Source: Octopus sinensis (taxonomy: Eukaryota). From it: a stretch of DNA of 64,000 bases. Below the pieces are notes generated by a model, which searched no databases, was not told the DNA's origin, and worked only from the letters and a program-made list of their open reading frames with translations. The stretch is taken from contig NC_043000.1 in NCBI RefSeq assembly GCF_006345805.1, positions 164,238,001 through 164,302,000 of the forward strand, in the 5' to 3' direction. A program made the translations under genes and the position numbers. Position 1 is the first letter of the stretch. Each line of letters begins with the position of its first letter. Shown piece by piece: positions 12,141 to 25,292 of this stretch.

Positions 12141-14111
12141 ATAGTAGTAGTAGTAGTAACAGAAAAGAGGAATTTCGGTTGTCCCCGCGTGGTGGATTGT
12201 AATGTATATAAGAAAATAAAAAAAGGAAAATACGCACACTTACATGGTTATAATATGATTTTTAATGTATCGACCGGTTTCGCAATCGCTATTCATGATA
12301 TAATGTTTAATTTATATGAATATATATTTTTTCTTAAGAAGAAATTTGGTCCATGTTTGTAATGAAATTCATGAGTGAATGATTTTACAAGTTGACAAGT
12401 AAAGGGAGATAATTGGTTGTTATTATTGTTATTGTTGTGTGTAAGGGAGATAACTGTTTAGGTTTTGGGTGGGGAATAAATATGTGTACAGAAAGGAGAC
12501 AGGTTAAAAAAAGGGACCATGTTTAGTAGGGGATTTATTTACAGTGATGTAGTATGTAAAAATATAAAAGTTAGTTATGCGTGCTTATTAAGACGCGTTT
12601 TGTATTTTTCAATGAAAAAAGTTTCTTTATTTAAGCGTTCTAGTTGAGAGATTGTGTCTTTGCACTGGTAGAAAGGGAAGACTGTAAAATTTGGTTTGCT
12701 GTTACCTGCACATTTTTCTATGTGTTCACTAAGAGGAATTTGTCTGTATTGCGGGAAACGGATTTGCTCCTTATGCAGAGTGATTCTCTTCCTCAAAGTT
12801 AAACTCATTTGTCCAATGTACTGATGACTGCAACCCGAGCAGGTTATTACATAAATTAGGTTCTCAGAGGCACAGGTGAAACTAGTTTTAATTTTGAACC
12901 TCTGTCCTCGTTTGAAAAGGAAATCCGAGCCTTCAAGCAGGTTGGCGCAGGTGACACAGTTCGGGCGTCCATATTTTTCAACCGTTGGTTTCGTGGTTGT
13001 TTTGTAAAGCTTCGCATTTGTTAGCAGTCTCTTTAGAGATTTGTCTTGTTTTTTGCATTTGATGAGTTTGTGTGTTTTCAGGATGTTCATTTTTGGATCT
13101 CTAGTTAGTAAAGGGAGAGTTTGCACAATCGGGTTGAATGCCTCACTGTTTCTGGGGTTGTGTGTTGATATAAAAAGTAATGTTTGGTTTGAGGTGTGGT
13201 GCTCTGTTTTGTTGTTCTTAGTGTTTTTGTGTCTAATTGTTTGGCACGTTTAATTCCCTCGTCGTTAAGAGAGGGTGGATATTGTTGTTTTGAGGTCTTG
13301 AAAACGAAGGTCCCGAGTTGTTCTATCAGACACTATTGTGCAGATCCTTTTTGCTAAGTTAAAAGGGATGTTTATTTTTATGTGTTTCGGGTGGCATGAG
13401 TTGAAAAGAAGATATTGTTTTGAGTCAGTTGGTTTATAATAAATGTCAGTTGACTTTTTTTATCATGATGTCTAAAAATGGAAGTTGTTCTTTATATTCC
13501 ATTGTGAATTAAATGTTACTATTTCTGTCATTTAGTGTTGTTTTGAAATCCAAAAGTTTGTCGATGTTCTCCTTCCAGATGATAAAACAGTCATCCAGGT
13601 ATCGCTTCCAATTTTCTCTTATGTAGAGGTAAAATGGGTAACCATATTTCTGGAGTGATACTTCATATAAGGTGAATTCAAAATAACCCATTATTAGGTT
13701 CGCAAGAACAGGAGCTGCTTTCGTCCCCATCGCAATTCCGCATTTCTGACGATAGTATGTGTCATCAAATAGGAAATAATTGTCTGTACACATATTTATT
13801 CCCCACCCAAAACCTAAACAGTTATCTCCCTTACACACAACAATAACAATAATAACATCTAATTACCTCCCTTTCCTTGTCAACTTGTAAAATCATTCAC
13901 TCGTGAACTTCATTACAAATTTCTTCTGAAGAAAAAATATATATTCATATAAATTAAACATTATATCATGAATAGCGATTGCGAAACCGGTCGATACATT
14001 AAAAATTATATTATAACCATGTAAGTGTGCGTATTTTCCTTTTTTTATTTTCTTATATACATTACAATCCACCACGTGGGGACAACCGAAATTCTTCTTT
14101 TCTGTTACTAC

Positions 14112-14116
<5 letters not shown>
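12141..14116 (-). mobile_element. 5'-truncated Penelope-like element (RT plus GIY-YIG) with inverted terminal copy
   Basis: RT motifs GIAMGTKAAPVLANL and WKRYLDD (13509-13780). GIY-YIG NLIYVITCSGCSHQYIGQ (12575-13126). 12141-12492 is an inverted copy of 13783-14116. Both ends abut (TA)n. Confidence 0.93.
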
Positions 14117-14195
<79 letters not shown>

Positions 14196-14553
14196 ACGCG
14201 TTTCTTTCAGTTTCCGTCCAATAAATCCACTCAAAAGACTTTAGTCGGTCTAAGGCTATAGTAGAAAGTGCTTGCCCAAGGTACCACGCTGTGGGACTGA
14301 ACCAGGAACCATGAGGTCGGGAAATAAGCTTCTTACTACACAACCGCGTCTGCAGACACGTTTTCCAAAAGTGCTGAAATGCGGGAATGTATAATAATAT
14401 ACTGTATCTCGAAAACAAACGAGGCGCCTGCTGTGGATTTGAACTCAGCATCCTTGATAATGTGATTCAATGCTTTATTCTTTCGGTGACTTCCCTTCCA
14501 CTCAGATACATTACGAAAAGCAAAACAAAAGATTTTATGAAATAAATATTCAC

Positions 14554-14756
14554 CACAAAATTTGGTCCCGTCGAAAGTTTCTGACATAGTTTCAACTCTT
14601 TCATACACAACTCGGTTGTTAGGTGGTCATTGGTAGCATCTTGTCCAATACCCCAACGCATGTCCACAACTTGAAACTGGTAGCCATTTTGCTGACAGAA
14701 AGCCTTCAGTTTACAGTAAGCGTTCTCCATTAAATAATTTCGTTCGTGTTGGGTAT
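14554..14756 (-). CDS. NWD1/NWD2-like gene, coding exon 2 (DUF4062 core)
   Basis: ctatag|AT ACC CAA...TTT GTG|gtgaat. Translates (D)TQHERNYLMENAYCKLKAFCQQNGYQFQVVDMRWGI...ELCMKELKLCQKLSTGPNFV. Confidence 0.95.
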
Positions 14757-14929
14757 CTATAGAATACAGATTGAAAACTCAGACCGTGTTTGTAAATGAA
14801 AATTGATTGTTTTAGTTAAACCCTCTCACACAGGCTCTCTCTTTCTTTCTCTCTCTCACTCTCTCTCTCACACACAAATACACACACGCACATATATACA
14901 CACACGCACATACATACACACATACGCTT

Positions 14930-14965
<36 letters not shown>

Positions 14966-15144
14966 TAGTATAACGCTGGCAAGAAAAAAGATTATCTGGG
15001 ATGTTTTGGGCGTTTGTTCTTTTTCTAAAAGAACAGATGAAGAAATGGTGCACATGCATGCGAGAGAGAGAGAGAGAGAGGGAGGGAGAAAGAAGGGGTA
15101 GAGAGAAAGAGGGGGTAGAGAGAAAGAGGGGGTAGAGAGAGGGA

Positions 15145-15180
<36 letters not shown>

Positions 15181-16300
15181 ACGTGTGTGTCGGTGTTTTT
15201 CGTTCCGTGTATATATGGATGTGTGTGCGTGTGCAAGTTGGGTGCCATTAGTGTGTACTGTAAGAGCGGATATCAGCGTGTGTATACATGTATGTGTGTA
15301 TGTCTATATGTGTGTGGATGTGCGTGCGCACATATATATTTACATTTATATGTATTATATATCTATATTATGTATACGGGTGTGTTTATGTATTTATATC
15401 ACACACACGCACACAACTTTATGATGTGCTGTGCATGTTAGGGTCCAGTATGGGCGTAGGGATCATTCCCAAGAATTCATTCGGCATTACTCATAACAGT
15501 AATGAGTTCTGAATGTATTTAGTTATGGTTACTCAACACCAGTGGCAGCTCGTAGATAAAATTCGTGGAGGTGCTGCTTCAGAAATATTTTAGCCGTTCT
15601 TTTAATATTGTGTAAAAGGAAACAAACATAAAAAGAACATTTATACATAAACTTGATCGGTTCGCGTTTTATCTACCGCCGGGTTGTATGTTTAATTTGT
15701 TCACTGAACACCGCTGAGAATTCCTCCCTGTTTTTCAAATATCCCCTCAAATGACAAAATAAGGGGGTGAAAATGTGCCCTATTTTTCAAATCCTAACAA
15801 CAACATTGAAGTTGGAAGAAGGATAATAATCTAATTTATCACATTCAAGAATATAAACACGCTTTAAGCACAACACACGCGAAGTCAAAAATAAACACTA
15901 CCTTTCACCCAGAACTGTCATTCACGCAGTGCTCTCTCTTCCTACTGCGAAGCTTCCAATCTCGGACAAGTGAGCATGCGCACAACAGCCAAACACCGCG
16001 TCACTGGAGCTGTGAAGCGCACAGCTCTATATTTTTCCATAAACTAGGGGATGGCTACTGACATTAAACTTAAGGATTACATAATGTACAAGCATAAAGA
16101 AGGAATTAAAGAAAAAAGGACTCATTATATTGAATGTTATCGATAATATCGAGTGGAAATAGAGGAGGGTGCTGCAGTTCCACGGTTCCTATACAGATGT
16201 CGCCACTGCTCAACACCATCAATAACTAAGGAAAAACAACAACTCAATCATTTAAAATACTAAAATTATTATTTTACCAATCAAAAATGTTATCATTTAC

Positions 16301-16868
16301 CTGTGAATGTACTACTGGTAAATATTCGTACGATTTTAGCTTCACTTAGACATTCAACTTGCATATTGCCCATTAGTAAATCATGGATTGCTTTCTCCTC
16401 TCTACTAATCTCCGTCTTTAGAGAAGTATTACTCACATGCATTACATTATTTGAACCTTTGAGCTGTTGAATTTTCTTGTAGAAATGTATTTTAGCGCCG
16501 ATATTTCTCTCACCAGATTGCAGGTTTCCATTCTCTTTTAGATTTACACCAGAATTAGATTCAAACGATGAATTTGCTTGGTCTATTTCGGCAAATGTTA
16601 TTTCATTTGTCATGTCAACTGACTCTGACTGAACTTCCGATTTATTGTTTTTGTAACTATTTTCCGGACTTTTAATATCCTGTTCTTTTCTGTCATTGCA
16701 AGAATTTTTCGAATCAGTGTTGTCTTTCTGGATGTTTTCATTGTTATCGTTTTGTATATTTTGATCTGTTACAAAAGTTACAACTGCATCAATGTGGTTT
16801 TCAGTATGTTCCTGTGGAGGTCTTTCTTGAATAGTTTCTTCAGAATGAACGATTGATTTCGATGCCAT
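16301..16868 (-). CDS. NWD1/NWD2-like gene, first coding exon
   Basis: ATG at 16868, then a long polar N-terminus, ending KIVRIFTSSTFT G|gtaaat. Joins exon 2 to give RIFTSSTFTDTxxERNxL, the start of DUF4062. A pyrimidine tract plus AG at about 16879 suggests an upstream UTR exon. Confidence 0.92.
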
Positions 16869-17496
16869 TGAGTTGTCACTTGTTTGAAGAAGAATTCAAA
16901 AGAAAAAAATGCAATCAATATCGTTGGTTTCATTAGTAGCAATATTATATTACGCAAACTAGTTGAAATGGTAGTCACTGAATCTCTCCACTTAATCTTC
17001 AACTCCGCTCACTAATTAGAAGTTTGTCTATAAGTTCTAAAATTACTCTAATTATGCCAGCTTATTCATAGATTATGTTAGAAGGCAAATTTCCATCGAA
17101 TTAATAATCCACTCATAAACTCGATGACCACTACACTGCCGACATCACTAACCTTCTCAGAAACAAACTTCTTTGATTTCTTTTGTCAACAACCCTTTTA
17201 CCTGCATTATAAATTTGGTGGAACTAACTTGGGTATTCTTGGATACATCCATATTTTTCTCAATATTCACAGATGTCTATCAACTTTTGAGAACTTAACG
17301 ACACTAAGATATACATTACACATCTGTTCATCCCTCACATATAAAATAATTCTCTCCTTTTTACAATTCTTCTTATACCAGTCCATCTTCTTTTCATGAG
17401 CCGCACCACAGCACCACGTTGATATCTACTTTATCACAAAGTGTACCAACACAGGCTATATTTTATATATTATATATATATATATATATATAATAT

Positions 17497-17533
<37 letters not shown>

Positions 17534-18722
17534 TATTTTCTAGCTTATTTAGAATGTTAACCTACAAGTTACATAATCTGATCATTTTTATCATCTTCCT
17601 TATTTGCTTTTTGTACTTCATTCACACTTTTCTAAAGTTGATCCGGGGCTATAGTAGAAGACACTTGCTCAAGGTACGAGATAGTGGGACTGAACTATGT
17701 GGTTGGGAAGCAAACTCCTTACCACGCAGCCACTATGAATTAGTCATAATTCTTTGTGGTATTTACTCATTATACGAACGTATATTCGTATAAGGGACAT
17801 AACTCAAAGTTAATTTAGTCATCCGGTAAATAAAGATCAAAATGACTACCAAACAAAGTAGTGAGACCTGAACAGTCTCCCAAAATGGAGACTAAAAACT
17901 CCCAGCATCGCAGTAGTCGAATGATCAAAACCAGTAAAAGAATAAAACACATAAAAAATATTAACTTGGTAGTGCCAAAGTAAAAAATAGAATTACCTTT
18001 TCCTACGTTCTCCATGTTTTAGAGTTTGGTCTTGCGCTGCTACAGGAGGCGTTTTTTTCATAATTGTACTTGCAGAACAGCCCATTGTTGCGATATTTGA
18101 TATTTTTCAGAACATTTAATGGAATTGGTTGAGAAGTCTATATTTAACTGTAGCTGTATCTGAAAAAAGTGAAAATTTTTAAATGAATGAATTAATTAAT
18201 TTTATGCAAAAAAAAGTTTTTGGTTAATTATTACAGAAATGATCTAAAAATCAGCAACATTAGCCTCATCTTTTCTATATCTTCACTTTACTTAATATTC
18301 TAATTAGTCTGTTTTTATTCTAATAACCATTTATCTTCCCGGTTACGTCATTAATGTACAAAGTGCACTGTGGCGCATGCACGATGACTGCTAAGTCTTT
18401 CTCTCCCCCTCTCTCCCTCTCTCTCCCTCTCCCTCTCTCTCCCTCTTTAATGTAGACATTGTGCTAGCATTACTCCAAAGGTGTATTACGTTGTGTGCTT
18501 TTAACAAATTTCTAGTGCACCTATCCATTAGACTCAAATACCTTAGTATTGTTCTTCTCTGGGTATTGATTCCTTTAATGCTGCTCCTCACATATAATTT
18601 TGTTTCCATGATATTCCTAGTCTTTTTCTTCCATTCTTCCATTCTTCTTCCATACTTCATCATTATTATATAGAACCTTCCTTCAGCTATCTTATTGTCA
18701 TAAGGGAATGGGTTTTCTACAT

Positions 18723-18977
18723 CAGTGGTTCTCAACCATTTTTTGCCTAAAGACCCCTTTCATTCATATTTTACTCTACTGGATTCTTATAGACATTCGA
18801 TGTTTTTAAAAGTCCCATTATGTTTTTATAATTAAATTTTATTTGGAATGGTATTTAAAAAATGGCTGAAATATTCATGACTTGTAGAAGTATAGCCAAT
18901 TTATTGCACATCAATTCTAACAGTAAAATCTTACGTGGCCCTCCAGGGGCCATGTGGACCCCGGTTAAGAATTACTA
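18723..18977. mobile_element. hAT-type MITE
   Basis: Ends CAGTGGTTCTCAACC and GGTTAAGAATTACTA (imperfect 15-bp TIR). The 8-bp flanks only partly match. Confidence 0.6.
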
Positions 18978-19380
18978 CTTTAAACTATCATTTTCTTCCC
19001 TTTATCATTAGCATATGAATATGGTAGTAAAAACAACTGTTGTTTTCACTACCATAATTCATACGAGTATCTCTATCGAAAATTCTTTTAAAGAAACTAA
19101 CTAGTTCTTACCATGGGAGTAAAGTTTGAGTTTATTCATGAATAAATGATTCCTTTGTTACTTTTGACTAAATGATTCGATTTGTTTCATTATTAAAAAT
19201 AAAGACGAGAGATAATTACAAATAGAAATGGGCGAAATGTAACTCCTTGGAATATTCCTCTTTTGATCACATTTTTACACTGTTGTGGAGATCGCTAGCA
19301 TCTAAATTTTTCCAATAAAAAGTGGTGGTATTCGAATCTGTCCAATAGAATCGAATGGAAAGTTGTAGAACCCTCTAGAA

Positions 19381-21280
19381 TGTTCTAATGGCTTACCGCT
19401 ATATAAGCAGAGCTGGTAGAGGGGCGTTTCTCCTTTTGCTTTTGCCTTTTCTTGTTATACACTGCTTCAGAGAGGGGTAATAAACCCATCTGGAGTATCA
19501 CTGTGTTCTTTTTCGCAAGTGAACGAGAGAAGCACAACAAATTGGCTTCGCTGATAGGATAAGAAAGACTATCCTTGCCGAGTGTTTTTTTTTTTTTACC
19601 TTGACGTTGATAATACAATAATCTGAAAGGTAAACAACCAGTTTTGCACATAAGCTTCTGTTATCAGTTAAATTATTTTGTCAAGAGTTTTACTTTATTT
19701 TATCTAATATAGTTGGAGTTTTACTGTAAGTTATTTTTACCTTGACAACAATGGCGGAACAAAGCGGAAAGCTGATAAAGTTGCTCACGCAACAACTTCA
19801 ACTTCAGGGAGAACAAATGGAGGTACAAGTGCGGCAGCACAGAGAAGACTTGGAAGCTTTGAGAAGGCTGATTCAAGTTCAAGTTTCTAGAAAGGATTCC
19901 AGTCCAAGTTCCGTCTTCCAACTCCTTCAACCTCTATCCCACTATTTGCTGCTATTGATTCAACATCAGAACTGTGGCCTAATTACTGGCTAAGATTTTG
20001 CACTTTTGTTTGTGGCTAACGCCGTGCCTGACCAGCGCAAGGCTCAAGTACTCTTGACGAATCAAACCGCTACCATCTATAAACAACTGGCGAATCTGGC
20101 TACTCAACAGAGTCCGTCCAGGGATATTAACAAGCGGTCGATTCGGGAAATTGTCAACTTTATGAAAGAACAATTCAACCCAAGACATTTCATTGAGCGA
20201 AAATGTTTCAAATTCTGAAGTGACATGCAACAGAAGCCAGGCGAAACTCTCCTCGAACTGGCAGCGCGTATACGTCAAGATGCTGCTACCTGTGGCTTTC
20301 CTTCGATCATAGATCCTCAAAAGTAAGTTCTTGGATAGAGATTCGTATGTTCTGTCAACAATGAAGTTTATTGAAAGCTCTTTGCAAGATCAAGGACACA
20401 GAGCTGGATTTATCCTGTGCTTTCCAAGTTGTGATTGAGACTGAATACGCGGTGAAGGTTGCCAAGGAAACTGTTTACGGTTCCAAGATCAGGCCTGTCA
20501 ATAAGATCAAGCAAAGACAGAACAAGGGCTAACGAAAAAACCACCAGCAGTCTAAGTCCACAGACCCCCGAGTTGAAGTGTTACAGATGCGGAAAGGCCC
20601 ATACTGTGACAGACTGCCCCTACAAAGAAGTCAAATGCCACTTTCATGAAAAGAAAGGACATTTGGAAGCTGTTTGTAAGAAGAAACAATGGCAGCAACG
20701 GGAACATCGTTCCCAACCTTCCGTGAAGAGAATCACGGAAGCAGAGCTTGTCAAAACAATCGTCGGAGAAGTTCCCGACAATACTTCCAGGTTAGTTGTG
20801 CCAATCACAATCCAAGACCGACAGTTCACGATGTAACTGGATACTGCAACTACGGGGAATTTCGTTTCATTTCTGGTCTGGAAACAACTGGAAAAACCGA
20901 AGCTTGATAATGTCAGACTTCGCAATGAGTCTGCTAGCAAGCACGACCTGCCCGTGCTGGGAACTTTTATGGGCCAAAGCAAGTATCCAATGACTGGCAA
21001 ATAAAGCCCAATTCTTTACATAGTCACTAAGATCCCTGACCTGAAATTGGTGGGACGAAACGCTATCCGAACACTGGGAATCTCTGTGGATAATGCTCTT
21101 GGACTGAGATGCGTAGAGAGTCAAGACAAGAGTGAGGATGTAAGAACGTCGCGCCTTAATATCTCGAACAAGCCTTATGCTTTCCTGCAACGACATTGCC
21201 ACAATCTCTATGACGAATTCTCAGATCTTTTCAAAGAAGAATTGGGATGTCTTAAGGATTTCAAATTGGACTGCTATTTC
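19381..21280 (+). mobile_element. Decayed Gypsy-type LTR retrotransposon (gag, protease, start of pol)
   Basis: gag starts at ATG 19751. Double zinc knuckle CYRCGKAHTVTDC / CHFHEKKGHLEAVC at about 20578-20680. Protease-like LDTA at about 20837, then LVGRNAIRTLGI. Many frameshifts. The LTR boundary (about 19381-19710) is tentative. Confidence 0.85.
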
Positions 21281-21319
21281 CTTCGCTAACACGCGCGCGC
21301 ACAAATATATTCACACTCA

Positions 21320-21359
<40 letters not shown>

Positions 21360-22199
21360 CACTCACTTTTCAATCTCTCCCTTCGTCGCTCTCAACGCAA
21401 ACTGCATCCACCGCATGCTGGTCAACGACACCAGTTCCCTTTTGCCTCCAACATATGTCGATCCAATTCGCTCCCACTTTTCCACACTTGTCTCCGTTCC
21501 CTATTTCACCTCTGAAATATATTACCGGATATTACGACTTTTTACAAAGCCTTTTCTAAAAATAACACCTATATTTCTGCTTTCATCCACCAGACGTGGA
21601 GCATGTGACGAGCACTCTGCGGGGATCTTGTAAACCTCACACTATTCACTCGTACTTTTATTATCTTATTTTTTTTATTTTTGTATTTTTATTAACTTTT
21701 TCCAATGCATCTATAAAAGAATTATTGTCTTTTCAGCGTCATATCATTCATTTATTCCCCTTTCCTTTTTCAGTCTTTATCTTCTTTTTTAACCCTTCCC
21801 TTATCAGCTTTTACTCTCTCCAGAAATTATATCTATTACATAACCTCTTGACCTTTCACCAGTGTTATCATTTTACTATTTTTGTCTTTTTACTATTTAT
21901 AGTCTTTTCCGTCTTTGTTTCTTCTTAAATATCACATTCCTCTTACCTTCCCCTTCACCTCACATTCATGCCTGCTACCTCCACCTTGCCTCCCTTCTCA
22001 CACATACAATAAGATTATACCTACACACCATCCTCTCACGCCCCAAAATCCCACGCCACTACACACCCATACTTGCACATCACCACACCCACGCTCACCT
22101 CATGAAACCACACGCGCACATACCCTATGCCTATCTTTACACATGGATACCCTCCTGTATATGCTCCTAACACCCTTCATAAAACTACAAAACCTCATT

Positions 22200-22437
22200 C
22201 GTACCTATTTCTTTACTACCCACAAGGGGCTAAACACAGAGAGGACAAACAAGGACAGACATAGGTATTAAGTCGACTACATCGACCCCAGTGCGTAACT
22301 GGTACTTAATTTATCGACCCCGAAAGGATGAAAGGCAAAGTCGACCTCGGCGGAATTTGAACTCACAACGTAACGCAGACGAAATACCGCTAAGCATTTC
22401 GCCCGGCGTGCTAACGTTTCTGCCAGCTCACCGCCTT
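22200..22437 (-). mobile_element. tRNA-derived SINE family A copy
   Basis: Near-identical reverse complement of 43644-43880. Confidence 0.85.
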
Positions 22438-23866
22438 GAAAACCTCATTCGTACCGCTTTCTCCTTTCGGCTTTCCGTTTTGGTTCTTGCCACCTTTTCC
22501 CAATCTGTTATTTTTCTGATGAAGTGCAAACATCCGAAATACGAAGAATCGATTATTTTCATTTTAAAGCGTTAAACTAATGCATCTGTCAAACCTTGCG
22601 TGTGTTTCTGCGTGTGTGTGTGTATATTTGTGTGTGTATGTGTGTATGTGTGTGTGTGTGTTGTGTGTGTATTTGTATGCGTTTGTACGTTTCGTGTGTG
22701 TGTGTGTGTGTGTGTACTTTTGAAATTTGTAAATATATTTTGTGCGTGTATTGGTAATTATATTTCATATTTAATAAATTAAAACTGAAAGAACACCGTT
22801 TATTATTTTCAGAAAATGTATTTTCTGTTATTTTTATTAAACAATGATTTCTTTAAATTTTTCGGGAAATAACGCGTCTCACAAACGCTTTCAAATTTAA
22901 ACAAAATATTTTGCAAATTGAAACGAAATATATTTATTTAAAAAGCACTGATGCTGTGAATCAGTTTTATAATTTCTTTTTAATCTAAAACTCTTTTTCA
23001 TCTAATTTTTTTTTCAGATTCTGAGGTTAGAAGGACATCTTAAATAAGAAAAAAAATAATAAAATGTACGAAGTTGGGCAGCCCATAATTAAAACGTTAG
23101 GAGGTTTAAAAACTATCCTTGCTAAAACGAAAAACTCACATTTTCTTGCATCTTGGTAACTCAAACTCCATAAATATACAACAAAGTCATTAAAACATTA
23201 CGAGATGGCGTGAACGGGAAGTTTTACTGGATTGTTTAGCCTTAGTAATGTCGTCCGTTCGTTGTACGCCACACCCAATCAGTTGATTACAAAACTCTCG
23301 GTGGAATTAGAACTTTATCGATATCTGTTGGTTATCCAATTACTATGTCGCTTGGTAACAGTAGACAATTATTCGCTATTAACATTAAATGTTGGGTGGA
23401 GATATGGGTGGGTAACAGAAATAGTAGAGAGCCGGGGAAAACATTTATATTGCGTTATGTCACACTCACTCCCTATTTAAATGTCTCCTCCTTTTAATGA
23501 TATTTTGAAGTTATCTCCTTTTGATAGCCTTTACGTGTGGTAAACGTTAATGACTTTTTTTTTCTCACTTTGGAGAATAAAATGATTGATTAAAAATTAT
23601 GTTAAACTCACTATATTCAATATATTAACATGTACTTAACTATATACTTTTCATGAAGAAGGAAACTTTTACTCTCATCATATACCTAAAAGTTTTGAGT
23701 TCAATAATTGCAGGAGTCAACTTTACTTTTCTTCTTTCTGGCGTCTGTGAACAAAGTACCTATTATGTATCTTTTAAGTAGTAGATCGAGTTAATCAACT
23801 GTGCCCCCATTGTATTAATTTACGATTAATACAATATGCTATCTTAGCCACCGGTTTTATTTGTAG

Positions 23867-24259
23867 ACTAGCAGTATCGCCCGGCGTTGCTCGGGTTTGT
23901 TTCGACCCTTTAGAATAGGAATTTTTGAAAAGTAAAAATTTTGCGTTATGTAGCTTCTTATTCTCTTTAAGTGAACATTTTTCTGGTTGAAATACACCGA
24001 AAAATGGCGACACAGCAGTCAAAAAATCGTAAAAATAGGGATTTTCATAGAAAAAAATCACTTTTTTTATGTAAATAATGTTTGGTCTTAACAGGGTCCG
24101 ATTTGAATTTTATCTTCTACGGAATGAAGAGCAAGCCTTCTTCTATCATAATCTCAATTTTGGTCAACTTGTGCCGCAGGGTCTTGGAGGAGATAGTGTT
24201 AGTTGAAGGCTACTAAATCTGCCACACACAGACAACTTCAGCTTTATATATATATAGAT
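23867..24259 (+). mobile_element. Non-autonomous Helitron/Helentron-like element, copy 1
   Basis: Starts ACTAG...CCCGGCGTTGCTCGGG, has a CA tract near the 3' end, and ends GCTTTATATATATAGAT. Homologous to 50553-51041. Confidence 0.55.
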
Positions 24260-24993
24260 GAGGCATGACAAACTTTAACCCAAAACAGAGCGACAGGGCA
24301 ACGAAGAACCTACGTTATTCGGTCAATATGTGGTTTTTTAATAAGAATGGCATGTATAATATCAGTTTCAAATTTTGGTACAAAACCAGCAATTTCAAGG
24401 GAGGAGGTAAGTCGAGTACATAGACTCCAGTGCTCAACTGGTATTTATTTTATCGACCTCGAAAGGATGAAAAGCAAAGTCGACCTCGGCTGAATTTGAA
24501 CTCAGAACGTAAAGACGGACGAAATGCCACTAAGCATTTTGCCAGGCGAGCTAACAATAATATCATGATTATATAAAAAGAACTTTCTACAAATATTTCG
24601 CTTTATAATCTTTAAGTTCAACTCAATTGGTCTCGTCCTAGATATACTCTGTTTGAATAAGACACTAGGGGTCACGAGAGAAACGACTAAATTTTAATCC
24701 TTAAAGCTACGCCTCTTTCCGACTCCTTTTTCTCTGCGAATATAATATTTTTTTTTTTTACATATCAAGTGTTATGACAACAATCGATTGTTTTTTCTGA
24801 ACAATATTTTATTAATGATCATCGAGCGTGTAAAGTAATCCAGTAATTTTGCATTGTCTCCCGAGGGAAATGTTTAATACAAATGAAAATAGAATATGTA
24901 TTATATATGTATATACGTACGTACGCGCGCACGCACACACACACACAAACACACACAGACACAGACACACAAACACACGCACATATATGCATA

Positions 24994-25222
24994 CAGGGTG
25001 GCCACAAAAGTAGGTTTACAGTTATTCAACAATCTCTTTCACATTCACAGTTTAGATCTTAATAATAAAAGAATATGAAACCATTATTTTATGCTAATTT
25101 AATTTATTTTTGTCAAGCTCCTTCTTCAGTTTGTAAGATAGAAATTTAAATATAATAAAATGTTTTAAAAGAAATGTAAAGTGCCTACGGGATAACTGTA
25201 AGCCTACTTTTGGGCCACCCTG
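24994..25222. mobile_element. 229-bp Tc1/mariner-type MITE
   Basis: About 30-bp TIRs (CAGGGTGGCC...CAGTT / AACTG...GGCCACCCTG), TA on both sides, AT-rich non-coding interior. Confidence 0.88.
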
Positions 25223-25258
25223 TACATACATACATACATACATACATACATACATACA

Positions 25259-25290
<32 letters not shown>

Positions 25291-25292
25291 CA

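Noticed and set aside
16006-16050. Helitron 3' end (GAGCTGTG/CACAGCTC hairpin then CTAG)
   Set aside because: No matching 5' end or second copy was found, and the CTAG is not followed by T.
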